Shown here: piece by piece, positions 9,661 through 19,874 of the stretch | Layout: the number at the start of each line of letters is the position of its first letter | Position numbering within the stretch: the stretch's first letter is position 1 | The notes under the pieces: generated by a model | Databases searched by the model: none | The model's input: only the letters and a program-made list of their open reading frames with translations | Told to the model about the DNA's origin: nothing | Translations under genes and position numbers: made by a program | NCBI GenBank assembly: GCA_026416845.1 | Contig: JAOAEL010000001.1 | Location: forward strand, 117,940-181,939 | Length of the DNA: 64,000 nucleotides | Origin: Patescibacteria group bacterium | GTDB lineage: Bacteria > Patescibacteriota > Microgenomatia > UBA8517 | Reading direction: 5' to 3'

Positions 9661-11388
9661 CTATTTAACTTTTACAACAGTAAACGCAATTGACCCATCA
9701 AGATTTTTTATCCTACTCACAAGTTCATATCCGCTCCATTTGTCAAAATCAGAAGGTATAGAGATCTCATTTCCAACTATTATTGACCCTTCTTCTGCAT
9801 GTTTAGGCCAACTAAAGTTTTCAAAATAAATACTGTCAATTGATTTAACCAATGAAACGTCATGTCTGTTTTCTTTATATCTTTCTAATTTTCTTGCTTG
9901 TAATTTACGAGGATCGTATTGGCTATAGAATAAATAGTAAATATAAGGTTGAGCATAAGATTGCTGAAATATAATCTTGTTCTCAGATTCAATATAAAGT
10001 TTTAATGATTGAACTACTTGTTTGTAACCAAATTGCCAATGCTTGGCATTATGAATTGGCTGATGGATAAAATACGCGTCAATAAAGTAAATAAAACTAA
10101 CTAAATAAGAAGTGAAAAGAAACCCAAATAAAGAGCTTCTTATCAACCAATTTTTAGATTTGTCCAAAAAATCAACAAAATAAATAAACCCAAAAGCGCA
10201 AATAATTGTCAAGGGTATTAACATATTCAAAGACCTCACTGCATGCACTTGATCGCGAGACAAAACCGCTGGCAATGGGGAAATAATCAACCAAGATACA
10301 ACAAACACGCTAAGTTTTAAACTGTTTATTTTAAATAAAGAATAAAAACCAAGAACAAGAAAAAGAACATCCGCAAAAAGCAAAACTCCATGATTGGGCG
10401 GTAAATGGCGCGGATTTTGCCAATCCCCTTCAAAAAACAAAAATCTCCCCGAGAAATGATTAAACCACCTTCCTAAAATGCCCCTTGCAAAATTCAGAGC
10501 TTCATTATGAAAAAGATAGTACTGCAAATCGCCTTTTTGCTCATTAGCTCTTTGCAAAAACTGATTAATGTATTCTTCAGATCTTGGGTAAGAAAAAACA
10601 CTAAAAACTTCCAATCTTCCAGCTTCGCCTGCCCTAAAACTTAACAAAACAGGAAAAATTACTATAAATGAAACAATAAAAGAAACCAAAAGATAGAAAA
10701 TCTTGCCTCTAAAATCCTTAAGCAACTCCTGATAAAAAACCAAAACAAGAACAAAAAATACAATCAATGAAGATAATTTCGCTCCTTGATATGTAAGCAA
10801 TGTCAAGGCAAACGCAAAAAATGAAAATATTAAACACTTGTAATTTTTTACACCTCTTATAAACATTAATATTCCAAACAACGTAATGGTCAAAGAAACA
10901 TTTGCTTCCCATCCTCCACGAGAAAAGGCGATGTGCCAAGGACTAACAGCCAATAAAAAACTTGCAACCAAAGGCGCAAAATAATAAATCTTAGACAATT
11001 TCTGATTTTTTTCCTGATTTTTAAGATTATCAAAAAATTCTTTTAATATTTTGTAAATCAAAAAAATCGCAAAAATGCCAGCAATAGCGCTAGGCAGACG
11101 CACACTTAACTCAGTCAAGCCAAGAAAAAAAACAAAAGGAATAACAAAATAAACATATAATGCAGGCTTGTAATCTCCAAAAGATTCAATGATTAGTGGC
11201 AAAAATTTTCCATGTTCATCTTTTCCGGTTTTCAAAATTGAATAAGCGTTATAGCCAAGAGCCGCTTCATCGGGGGTAAGCGAAGGAGGATTCGTGCTCA
11301 AATTATAAATTCTTAATAAACTTGCAATGAAAATAACTACAATTAAAACAAGTTTGTCAATTTTCTCAAATGAACAATTAATTTTCAT
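9661..11388 (-). CDS. GT-C membrane glycosyltransferase, PMT/ArnT-like (paralog 2); start taken at MKINCS...
   Basis: TPDEAALGYNAYSILKTGKDEHGKFLPL motif. 570-580 aa with many TM segments. Using the internal Met reduces the overlap with the upstream paralog to ~11 nt. Confidence 0.75.
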   Translation of the reverse strand: MKINCSFEKIDKLVLIVVIFIASLLRIYNLSTNPPSLTPDEAALGYNAYSILKTGKDEHGKFLPLIIESFGDYKPALYVYFVIPFVFFLGLTELSVRLPSAIAGIFAIFLIYKILKEFFDNLKNQEKNQKLSKIYYFAPLVASFLLAVSPWHIAFSRGGWEANVSLTITLFGILMFIRGVKNYKCLIFSFFAFALTLLTYQGAKLSSLIVFFVLVLVFYQELLKDFRGKIFYLLVSFIVSFIVIFPVLLSFRAGEAGRLEVFSVFSYPRSEEYINQFLQRANEQKGDLQYYLFHNEALNFARGILGRWFNHFSGRFLFFEGDWQNPRHLPPNHGVLLFADVLFLVLGFYSLFKINSLKLSVFVVSWLIISPLPAVLSRDQVHAVRSLNMLIPLTIICAFGFIYFVDFLDKSKNWLIRSSLFGFLFTSYLVSFIYFIDAYFIHQPIHNAKHWQFGYKQVVQSLKLYIESENKIIFQQSYAQPYIYYLFYSQYDPRKLQARKLERYKENRHDVSLVKSIDSIYFENFSWPKHAEEGSIIVGNEISIPSDFDKWSGYELVSRIKNLDGSIAFTVVKVK

Positions 11389-13087
11389 AAATTTCAAACG
11401 CAACCGAGCCATCTAAAAACTTTATTTGATCAATTTTATTCCAATTCACAGCGCCAATTTCATGAGAACTAAAAAGCAAACATTTAACTAAACTACAGTC
11501 TATTTCTTTCTTGCTTTCAGTTACAAAAATATTTGATTCAATTTTTTCATTTATTTGCCAGTCATTTACAAAAACAAATTTGTCAAAACCATCCACCCAC
11601 CACCAGTTTGATTGAAAAAACCTATTAAGATTTTGATCTTGAATATATTTGGCCGGGTCCCATTTCAAGTAAAACAAAACAAACATATGAGGCTCTCCGT
11701 ACTTTTTAGTAAAAACAATTCGATCGTAGTTGGAATAATTTCGCTTTACATAATCAAGCGCTTGTTTGTACCCATATTGCCAAGCTTGCGAATAACGCAA
11801 AGCATACTGGCTAAAATAATTTCTTAAATATTCTTCGGCAAATGTCCAAAAAGTGAGAATATAAAATACAACAAAAACAACTTTATATTTTTTAAACAAA
11901 ATTAATTTTTCTTTTAGAAAAAAGTAAGAACTGACTAATCCATAAGAAGTTATAATCATAGGCACTGGCAACATGGTAACGCTTCTTAACACATGAGGCG
12001 ATTCTCTGGTCAAGCTAGAAGCAAATGCGCCCGAAATAAGCCAGAATATAATTAAATATTTGTTTTTTAATTTTGAAAAAATCACAAAAACCAAACCTAA
12101 ATAGAAAAATACAATGTTTGCTTTATTTAATAAACCATACCCGGGAACGCTAAATTGATAATGAGATCCTCCGTTTGTAAAAAGATAAGAAACTTCAAAA
12201 TGAGATAGCAAATTCTGTGCGAATCGCCAAACTAAGTAAGTCCCCTTGTTGTACAAAATCCGATCAATAAAATCAGGGTATTCAGAAACTCTCCTTAATT
12301 CATTTATTTCATTTATCGCTCCTTCATCGATAATTGACACTTTCGAATACCTTGCTTGTCCAACTGGAGTAATTAATTGCACAAACATTGGAATAATCAT
12401 AAAAACTAATATTGCAACACTAATAAAAAATTTCGATTTTTCTGTCTTTGAAATATAAATCAAGTTCTTTCTGTAAATTAAAAACATAAATACCAAAATA
12501 GGGGGCACAAAAACCCTAGCTGAGTTATATGTCCAAGTTGACAAAGACAAAAAGAAAAAAGAGAAAGACAAGAATAAAGCATTTTGAAAAGATTTGAAAA
12601 AAAGTAAAATACCCAACACCACAAACGAAAATGCCAAATTAGCTTCAAAAGCTCCTCTGGAAATAAAAAACGTCCATGGCTCGATTGCGACAAAGAAAGT
12701 AGCCAAAATTGCTATAAATTCTTTATTTTTTTTATCCTTGAAAATCTCTTTAGACAAAAAGTAGGTAAATAAAACCGCAAGAGAACCAAACAAAATAGAA
12801 ACAAACCTCACTCCTAATTCATTAAGTCCAAAAACCGCGATTGAAGGCGCTGTAAAATATATATAAACAGGAAGTTTGTAATCTCCATAAGCTCTAAAAA
12901 TCAAAGGCATAAACTCTCCCCACTCGTCTTTAGCAGTTTTTAAAATCGAATAAGCATTATAACCATGCGAGATTTCGTCCCAATTGAGAGAAGGCGGAAT
13001 TTTTTCTATATTCCAAAAACGCAAAACAAAAGCAAAAATGAAAATGAAAAGAATTATTAATTTTGAATTTTTTAATAATTTACTCAT
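11378..13087 (-). CDS. GT-C membrane glycosyltransferase, PMT/ArnT-like (paralog 3)
   Basis: WDEISHGYNAYSILKTAKDEWGEFMPL motif, with the same architecture as its neighbours. Confidence 0.75.
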   Translation of the reverse strand: MSKLLKNSKLIILFIFIFAFVLRFWNIEKIPPSLNWDEISHGYNAYSILKTAKDEWGEFMPLIFRAYGDYKLPVYIYFTAPSIAVFGLNELGVRFVSILFGSLAVLFTYFLSKEIFKDKKNKEFIAILATFFVAIEPWTFFISRGAFEANLAFSFVVLGILLFFKSFQNALFLSFSFFFLSLSTWTYNSARVFVPPILVFMFLIYRKNLIYISKTEKSKFFISVAILVFMIIPMFVQLITPVGQARYSKVSIIDEGAINEINELRRVSEYPDFIDRILYNKGTYLVWRFAQNLLSHFEVSYLFTNGGSHYQFSVPGYGLLNKANIVFFYLGLVFVIFSKLKNKYLIIFWLISGAFASSLTRESPHVLRSVTMLPVPMIITSYGLVSSYFFLKEKLILFKKYKVVFVVFYILTFWTFAEEYLRNYFSQYALRYSQAWQYGYKQALDYVKRNYSNYDRIVFTKKYGEPHMFVLFYLKWDPAKYIQDQNLNRFFQSNWWWVDGFDKFVFVNDWQINEKIESNIFVTESKKEIDCSLVKCLLFSSHEIGAVNWNKIDQIKFLDGSVAFEIYEN

Positions 13088-14763
13088 AAAGTTCTAACAA
13101 TAAAAAATGCGATCTCGCCTGAGGGATAATTTATAGTTTCATAAGCTAAATTGACATTTGGCAACATTTCTTCAGGTAAAACAACCAAAATTTCCCCGTT
13201 TGACAATTCATTAAAATCAGAACTTTCTATTGCTTGAAAAGTGTATTTGCCAAGAGAGTATTTGTACATCTGATCCAAAAAAGTTAAGCCCTCTTCACGA
13301 TATCTAACCCAATCTTTAGCATTTTTTTGATATATCAAGGGATCGATTTTATTAACAAAAGCAAGATAAATATGAGGTTCAGATAATCTCCTACTAATTA
13401 CTACTTTATTAGCTGATATGCTTGAATTAAGATATTCAAATAATTCAATTCTCCCATATAACATAGCTTTTGCAACCAAATCATTTTGATTGCCCAAATA
13501 AGTCTGAATTGATAAACCCAACTGGTAAAAAACAAATAAAATTAAAATAAAAACAGAAAGATTAACTGCATATCTCAAATTATTAATTTTTTTAATCAAA
13601 GAAACAAAATAAGCAAATCCTAAAGCAGACGCTACATGAATGAAAGGCAACATTGTCGCCGCTCTGTTTGCCGCGTATCCAACTCCCATGGTCAACGCCG
13701 CTGGCAAAACAGCTATCAATAAAAAAATCAAAATAAAAATCAGCATTTTATTTTTTGACAAAATAGCAAAAAAAACAAAAAAAATTAAAGCAACCACTTC
13801 AATAAAATAAACAACTCCAATGCCTGGCACCATGCCATAAGTAGCTTCCCCCGGTCCTCTTGTAACCAAAAATTCTTTTGAAAAATATTTGATATAATTA
13901 TCTTTGAATCTACGCGCGACAACCAAGTATTTGTTGTTTGTAATTTTAGCCAAAGTAGGGTCTAATCCACTTTGTATAGCTTTGAGTCTTGCTTCGGCTT
14001 GCGCTTCCAAAGCTCCTCTAAAAATGCTTACATCCTGAGCTCTCTTTAATCCACCTTGGAAAAAAGTTGAAACAACCACTAAAAAAAATATCGCAAAAAC
14101 TGCCAACGAAACTATCAAATATTTAAGATTAACTTTTATAAGCTTTTTTAAAAAAAACATCACTAAAATTCCAACCACAATTGGTGTAACAAATCTAGCC
14201 GCATGATAAGTAAATAAATTAAGCCCAAAAACAAAAGCGCTCAATAACAAAAATTTATAATTTTCCAAACCCTTAAGAAACAAAAGTATTCCAAGAGGCA
14301 TAAAAAACGAAGTTAAATTTGCCTCAAAAGCGCCTCTTGATAGTTGAACGTGCCAAGGGGAAACAGCAAGTAAAAAAGAAGCTAAAAGTTCCACCTTAAA
14401 TTTATCTAAATTATGAGATTTCAAATAATTCATCCTAATATGTTTAATCAAAAAGTAAGTTACAAGAACCGCAAAAACTGAAAGCAAAGCATTAGGCAAT
14501 CTCACAACCCAAACCTCAAGACCAAAAAAAGCAACAAAAGGCACAAGCAAATATGCATAAAGTGGCGCTTTAAAATCTCCAAATGACTCCAAAACCAAAG
14601 GCAAAAATCTTCCCCACTGATCGCGCCCTGTGTGAAGTATTGAATATGCATCATAACCAAAAGAAGCTTCATCCGGAGTAAATCCATTTGGATATTGATG
14701 AATAAACAGAACTCGAAGCAAAACTGCCAATGACAAAATGGCTAACAAAATATATTTATCCAT
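13084..14763 (-). CDS. GT-C membrane glycosyltransferase, PMT/ArnT-like (paralog 4)
   Basis: TPDEASFGYDAYSILHTGRDQWGRFLPL motif. 4-nt overlap with paralog 3. Confidence 0.75.
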   Translation of the reverse strand: MDKYILLAILSLAVLLRVLFIHQYPNGFTPDEASFGYDAYSILHTGRDQWGRFLPLVLESFGDFKAPLYAYLLVPFVAFFGLEVWVVRLPNALLSVFAVLVTYFLIKHIRMNYLKSHNLDKFKVELLASFLLAVSPWHVQLSRGAFEANLTSFFMPLGILLFLKGLENYKFLLLSAFVFGLNLFTYHAARFVTPIVVGILVMFFLKKLIKVNLKYLIVSLAVFAIFFLVVVSTFFQGGLKRAQDVSIFRGALEAQAEARLKAIQSGLDPTLAKITNNKYLVVARRFKDNYIKYFSKEFLVTRGPGEATYGMVPGIGVVYFIEVVALIFFVFFAILSKNKMLIFILIFLLIAVLPAALTMGVGYAANRAATMLPFIHVASALGFAYFVSLIKKINNLRYAVNLSVFILILFVFYQLGLSIQTYLGNQNDLVAKAMLYGRIELFEYLNSSISANKVVISRRLSEPHIYLAFVNKIDPLIYQKNAKDWVRYREEGLTFLDQMYKYSLGKYTFQAIESSDFNELSNGEILVVLPEEMLPNVNLAYETINYPSGEIAFFIVRTL

Positions 14764-14770
14764 ATCTCAA

Positions 14771-16021
14771 TTATACCTTCTGCTTGGTAACCGATTTAAA
14801 AACAAAAACATACAAAAGAATATTCGCAAAACTTAAAATTAACTTGAAATGATAATTGCTAAGAACATTTTCCAAAAAAGGCAGTGAGGGCGACCAAAAC
14901 AAGTGATATAAATTCAAAAGATGAACAGCGGAAACCAAAAAATATAAAATCCAAATTTTAGGAATAAACGCCAATAAAAGGGTGGCATAAGGAAAAAATG
15001 GATAAAGATACCTTTCGTGAATTCTTGTCATGAACAAAAAAACGGTAAATGAAATTACCGCAAGAGCTGAAAATAATTTTTTATCTGAAAAGTCATTTTT
15101 TAATTTGTACATAAAATAAATTACTGCCCAAACAGGAATGACAAATCCCCAAATTCGCGCAGGCAAGCCGAAATAAGTTATAGAATCGAGTGTTTCCCCT
15201 GAATCAACTATCCACCAAAAATTAAAGGCGTTCGCGCTTAGATAACCTATTTCTCCCGGAATAAAACGCTGAGTGTAAATTCGCAAAAACCAGATGAAAA
15301 CATCAATCTTAGGATAAAACCAAACACAAGTTAGCAATACAACAAAAGCGCATACAAATAACGCTCTAAGCCAGTAGAATATTTTGTGCTTTTGAAAGAT
15401 CGCAACAATAAACAACACAGGAGCAAAATATAAAAGCGAACCTTTAAAAAGAACTGACAGGGTATAAAACAAAAACGCAATTGTTATTCTTTTTTGCAAT
15501 AAAGTAAATACCGATAAAATACCCAACAAATTGACAACAGAATCGGTCTGCCCCCACACCGAAGAGTTATACCAGATTACAGGATTTAATAACCAAACAA
15601 AACAAATTAATAAAGCTTTTCTTCGGCTAAAATTTTTAAAAATTAAATACTTATAAATAATTGCTCCAATTGCAATGTCCGCAATTATAGAGGGAAGTTT
15701 CATAAGTAAAACCATACCTTTGTCTTCCCAAAACCAAATAATAGTGGATGGAAAAAAACCAAAAGAATTGTTTAAATACCAAAAAGTATCTTTAAAAAAA
15801 TTCCATAAGAAAACCAAACCTCCAAGCATTAAAATAGTTAGAGGTGGCTGATTGGGGGCAGAGTATTGCCAACTATCTCTTTCGTAGAAATTCAAAATTC
15901 CGTTTTCATAAACTTCTATACCCCATGAAATTTGATTATTGAGATCACCATGGTATCCAATAAAAACAAATGATAACCTTAATATAAGAGAGAATAAAAA
16001 TATGACATGTAAAGGCTTCAT
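14771..16021 (-). CDS. Multi-pass membrane protein, probable GT-C glycosyltransferase (WGQ[TV]DS family; paralog of 16130-17359)
   Basis: 416 aa and highly hydrophobic. Shares NPVIWYNSSVWGQTDSVVNLLGI with the next gene (NSVIWGQVDSIVAFFLI). Confidence 0.45.
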   Translation of the reverse strand: MKPLHVIFLFSLILRLSFVFIGYHGDLNNQISWGIEVYENGILNFYERDSWQYSAPNQPPLTILMLGGLVFLWNFFKDTFWYLNNSFGFFPSTIIWFWEDKGMVLLMKLPSIIADIAIGAIIYKYLIFKNFSRRKALLICFVWLLNPVIWYNSSVWGQTDSVVNLLGILSVFTLLQKRITIAFLFYTLSVLFKGSLLYFAPVLFIVAIFQKHKIFYWLRALFVCAFVVLLTCVWFYPKIDVFIWFLRIYTQRFIPGEIGYLSANAFNFWWIVDSGETLDSITYFGLPARIWGFVIPVWAVIYFMYKLKNDFSDKKLFSALAVISFTVFLFMTRIHERYLYPFFPYATLLLAFIPKIWILYFLVSAVHLLNLYHLFWSPSLPFLENVLSNYHFKLILSFANILLYVFVFKSVTKQKV

Positions 16022-16129
16022 GTAAAAACTTTGATTAAAAAAACTATTAATTTATTTTGTCTCCGACAATAAAATAGTTAAAATTCGCATATATAAAAAT
16101 TTGACAATATTTTTCTTTAATCTCAAACC

Positions 16130-17359
16130 TTATTTGTTAAATCGAATTAAAAACTTAAAAACCAAAAAATAGTTTATTATGTTTAAAATAGACAAAGCAA
16201 AAACCATCATGTTGACCCAAGAGTTATTGGCATACGAAGCAAATTTATATGAATAAATCAAATTAACAAAATAAATCAGAAATAAAATATAAACACTAAA
16301 TCTTTTTAGTCCTTTAATAAAAGGTGTTGCCAAAAGAAGCAACACAAAACCATAGTAAGGATGTCTCTCATGCATTCTAGTCATAAACATTGGCAAAGCC
16401 AAAAAGATTATAGATCCATAAAAAATTAACATTCTATGCGCATCGAATATCCCAATATTGTTTTTAAACAAGAGGATATATCTAATGAATGCAAATGAAT
16501 ATACAAAAATAAAAAGTAGCAAGCCAATATTGTGATATGTCATACCCCAAATCTGCTCTTTATCTGAGACATAATTGAAACCGCCATGAAAGACATTTGT
16601 AATCACAAGCCAAAAATTAAACATGTTTAAAGTTGTATATTGCCAAAAATTAGCTGTATACAAGTTTCTCTCAATCACAAAATCAATAAAGTTCCCCTTC
16701 GCAAACGGCACAAAAGTAAGCAAAAACATTAATGCGAATGTCAAAAGAAAAACAAAAACTTTATTAAATCCATACCTTCGCAGTAAATAGTAAGCGAAAA
16801 AAGGCAAGATCAAGATAATTACTGGTTTTATTGATTGTCCCAAACCCAAAAAAATTCCTGAAAGCAAATATTTTTTACACAAAAACAAATAAATTGCACT
16901 AATCAAAAAGAAAGCAACTATGCTGTCAACTTGCCCCCAAATTACAGAATTCATCAAAAATCCGGGATAAAACGCATAAAAAGCTGAAACCATAAAAGCT
17001 TTTGCTCTATCAACCAATTTGCTTGAGATTAAATATATCAAAACACTGTTTGCTATATCGGTAAAAAACGATGGCAATTTATAAACAAACTCCAAATCAA
17101 TATAAAAAAGTTTGGTGTTAATAAAATAGTACAACTTGCCAATAAACCAAAGCGCATACAAGTAACCGGGAAGATAATCAGAATTCTCAATATCGTAAAA
17201 ATAACTCCACTTGTGCCTTATTAAAGACAAAGACCATTCACTAAATGTAAATATATCGGGATGAGAGTTGGAAAAAAATAGAAAGGGAATTCTAATCACA
17301 AAAGAAATTATAAAGACAAAAAAGATGCATGTTTTATCAGTTGTTAAAAACCTATTCAT
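16130..17359 (-). CDS. Multi-pass membrane protein, probable GT-C glycosyltransferase (WGQ[TV]DS family)
   Basis: 409 aa. Shares the WGQxDS motif and an R(M/I)HERY/HPY motif near the C-terminus with the preceding paralog. Confidence 0.45.
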   Translation of the reverse strand: MNRFLTTDKTCIFFVFIISFVIRIPFLFFSNSHPDIFTFSEWSLSLIRHKWSYFYDIENSDYLPGYLYALWFIGKLYYFINTKLFYIDLEFVYKLPSFFTDIANSVLIYLISSKLVDRAKAFMVSAFYAFYPGFLMNSVIWGQVDSIVAFFLISAIYLFLCKKYLLSGIFLGLGQSIKPVIILILPFFAYYLLRRYGFNKVFVFLLTFALMFLLTFVPFAKGNFIDFVIERNLYTANFWQYTTLNMFNFWLVITNVFHGGFNYVSDKEQIWGMTYHNIGLLLFIFVYSFAFIRYILLFKNNIGIFDAHRMLIFYGSIIFLALPMFMTRMHERHPYYGFVLLLLATPFIKGLKRFSVYILFLIYFVNLIYSYKFASYANNSWVNMMVFALSILNIINYFLVFKFLIRFNK

Positions 17360-19068
17360 TCTTTCGCAAACAAATAAAAAGCGGGTTCTCCTGATGGATA
17401 AGCTATTGCGTCAAGCAAAACAAGATCACCAGGAGTCCTTTCTGGTTCTTGTATTAAATTCACTTTTACTTCTTTTTCTGTTGCCAAATAAATGCTTTTA
17501 GATGGCAACACTTTCCCCCAATCATAAAGACCGGCATTTTGAGGACTTCCAAAATAGTATCTGTCAATAAAACCAACTTCACCAAATCCAGTTATATCAG
17601 CTTTTTTAAATGGATAACCTTTATGCCACCAGAAAGGATCATAAGGATACAAAGCGGCAAAAAATATCCAAGCAGGTTCACCATACATGCTAATAATTAT
17701 CTTGTCATAATTTTTTTCATAGTTTTTAAGTGAAGTAATAGCTTCTCTAAAACCATAATGCCACCACCTCTCTGAATCATATTTGTTATGTACCCAATAA
17801 TAATGACTGTAAAAAATAAAATTTGCCAAAAAAATTACAAAATAAGAACCAGTTAAAAAAATCTTTAATTTGAAATTCTGAATTGAAAACAGATAGTAAA
17901 TACCAAATGAAATTAGAAACACCAAAGGAACTAAAATAGTAATAAGACGAGTGGCATGATTCCCTCCATCACGAGTAAGCGAAGCTGGCAAAGCGCCAAA
18001 AATTAGCATAAAAACAATAAAATATTTATGCCTCTTAGTAATATTTTTAGAAGCAAAGAAAAACACAATACCAAAAATCAACAAAATAAAATCTACTTGA
18101 TAAAACTGACCCATTTGTTTTATAGAATGCCTCAAATTGGGATCGCCAGATATAAAAAGAAATTCTGTAGAGAATGACTTTAATAAATTATCAAAAATCA
18201 AAGAAATCCATAAAAAAAACTTATTATGATAAAACTTATCAGCAAAAGAAGGTTGCAATCCTTCTACCAATTCATTTCTGTCGTAAGCATCCAACATTCT
18301 AGCGGTACCAATTTCTGACTCTTTTGTCGGGTCTGTGAAAATACTTATGTAAGAAAATCTCTGTGTTCCACCACCAAAAAATGTTGAATAAAATGTTGGC
18401 AAACCTAAAAATATCAGGAAAATTAACGCGCTGAAAATTTCTTTTTTTGAAAATTTAAAAATTTCCCTAAACCAGAATAAAAAGAGAAAAAACATAAGAA
18501 AAGGAGTAAAAAATTTAGCAGTGCTGTAAATGAGAGGAGTTAAAGTAAGCAAAGAAACAGAAAGCCAAAAAAATTTGCCACCATTTCTGACCGAATAAAA
18601 GAAAAAATACAATCCAAAAACAAGAAAAAAAAGCAACATTGTAACTTCAAAACCAGCTCGTGAGTACTGAATATGCCATGGAGACAAGGCAAGAACAAAA
18701 GCGACAATCAAACCAAAATAATCTTTGTTAAATACTTGTTTTGCGAGAAGATAAATCCCTAAAATAGTTAGAATCCCAAAAATTGCGGCTGGCAATCTCA
18801 CTCCATAAGGGCTAATTCCAAATATAGCCACTGTTGGAACTGATGCATACAAATAAAGAGGCGTCCTCCATTCTGCCAGAGACTGAAAATGAAGTGGCAT
18901 AAAATTTCCTGAGTAATCTTTGCCTGTTTTCAAGATCGAATAAGCGTGATACCCCACATCCAATTCATCTCCAAACATAGAAACAGGCACTTCATCTAAT
19001 TTCCAAAGTCTTAAAAATGAAGCAATAAACAAAATAAAAAACAAAAATATTTTTTTCCTATTAAACAT
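17356..19068 (-). CDS. GT-C membrane glycosyltransferase, PMT/ArnT-like (paralog 5)
   Basis: FGDELDVGYHAYSILKTGKDYSGNFMPL motif. 570 aa. Confidence 0.75.
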   Translation of the reverse strand: MFNRKKIFLFFILFIASFLRLWKLDEVPVSMFGDELDVGYHAYSILKTGKDYSGNFMPLHFQSLAEWRTPLYLYASVPTVAIFGISPYGVRLPAAIFGILTILGIYLLAKQVFNKDYFGLIVAFVLALSPWHIQYSRAGFEVTMLLFFLVFGLYFFFYSVRNGGKFFWLSVSLLTLTPLIYSTAKFFTPFLMFFLFLFWFREIFKFSKKEIFSALIFLIFLGLPTFYSTFFGGGTQRFSYISIFTDPTKESEIGTARMLDAYDRNELVEGLQPSFADKFYHNKFFLWISLIFDNLLKSFSTEFLFISGDPNLRHSIKQMGQFYQVDFILLIFGIVFFFASKNITKRHKYFIVFMLIFGALPASLTRDGGNHATRLITILVPLVFLISFGIYYLFSIQNFKLKIFLTGSYFVIFLANFIFYSHYYWVHNKYDSERWWHYGFREAITSLKNYEKNYDKIIISMYGEPAWIFFAALYPYDPFWWHKGYPFKKADITGFGEVGFIDRYYFGSPQNAGLYDWGKVLPSKSIYLATEKEVKVNLIQEPERTPGDLVLLDAIAYPSGEPAFYLFAKE

Positions 19069-19867
19069 TGTAAATTTTTTTAACCAGCTGATTGGTTTTC
19101 ATGACAAACCAAATAAGATAATGCTTTAAAGCGCCATGATAAATTTTACTGGATGGAACAAGTCTTCTCCATTGATTATAACCATAACCGCTTTTGCCTA
19201 GATGATGAACAACTTTGACATATGGCAAGTAATATATAGATAAACCAAAATTTCTAATCTTTCTACAATAATCAAGATCCTCAAAATACATAAAATATTT
19301 TTCATTCAAAAATGGCGCATATCTTCTGGCAATAGGAGTAATAAGAAAAGCGGCCATAACAGCACTCTCAATTTCAACAGGAGCCTTGCCTTTGGGAACA
19401 TATTGCCCATAATTTCCTTTCATGTTAAACCAATATTCTAAAATGGCACCACTTAATGTTGGTAATTTGAACACAGACTTTTGAACTGAACCATCTGAAT
19501 TTAAAAGGCGCGGAACCACAACTCCAACATTAGGATGAAAATCGGCAAAATCAATCAAGCGATCAATGACATAATCGCTAATTTCAGCATCAGAATTAAG
19601 CAAAAATAAATACTTTCCCTTTGCTATTTTTATACCTTGATTATTAGCTTTTGCAAAACCCAAATTTTTATTATTTTTTATCAGTTTCAACTTACTTCCA
19701 AATTTTTGCAAGCTTTGGCAAGTGCCATCGCAAGAAGCGTTGTCAACAACTATTACCTCAATCTTCTTTTTAGTCTTTGAACGAAAAACTGATTTAACAC
19801 ACGACAAAGTGTAATTTTTGGTATTGTAACTTACAACAATAACAGAAACATCTATCTCTTTATCCAT
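19061..19867 (-). CDS. Glycosyltransferase family 2
   Basis: VSVIVVSYNTKNYTLSCVKSV...VVDNASCDGT...LLNSDAE is a GT2 N-terminal fold. Confidence 0.7.
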   Translation of the reverse strand: MDKEIDVSVIVVSYNTKNYTLSCVKSVFRSKTKKKIEVIVVDNASCDGTCQSLQKFGSKLKLIKNNKNLGFAKANNQGIKIAKGKYLFLLNSDAEISDYVIDRLIDFADFHPNVGVVVPRLLNSDGSVQKSVFKLPTLSGAILEYWFNMKGNYGQYVPKGKAPVEIESAVMAAFLITPIARRYAPFLNEKYFMYFEDLDYCRKIRNFGLSIYYLPYVKVVHHLGKSGYGYNQWRRLVPSSKIYHGALKHYLIWFVMKTNQLVKKIYNV

Positions 19868-19874
19868 ACTTTAA

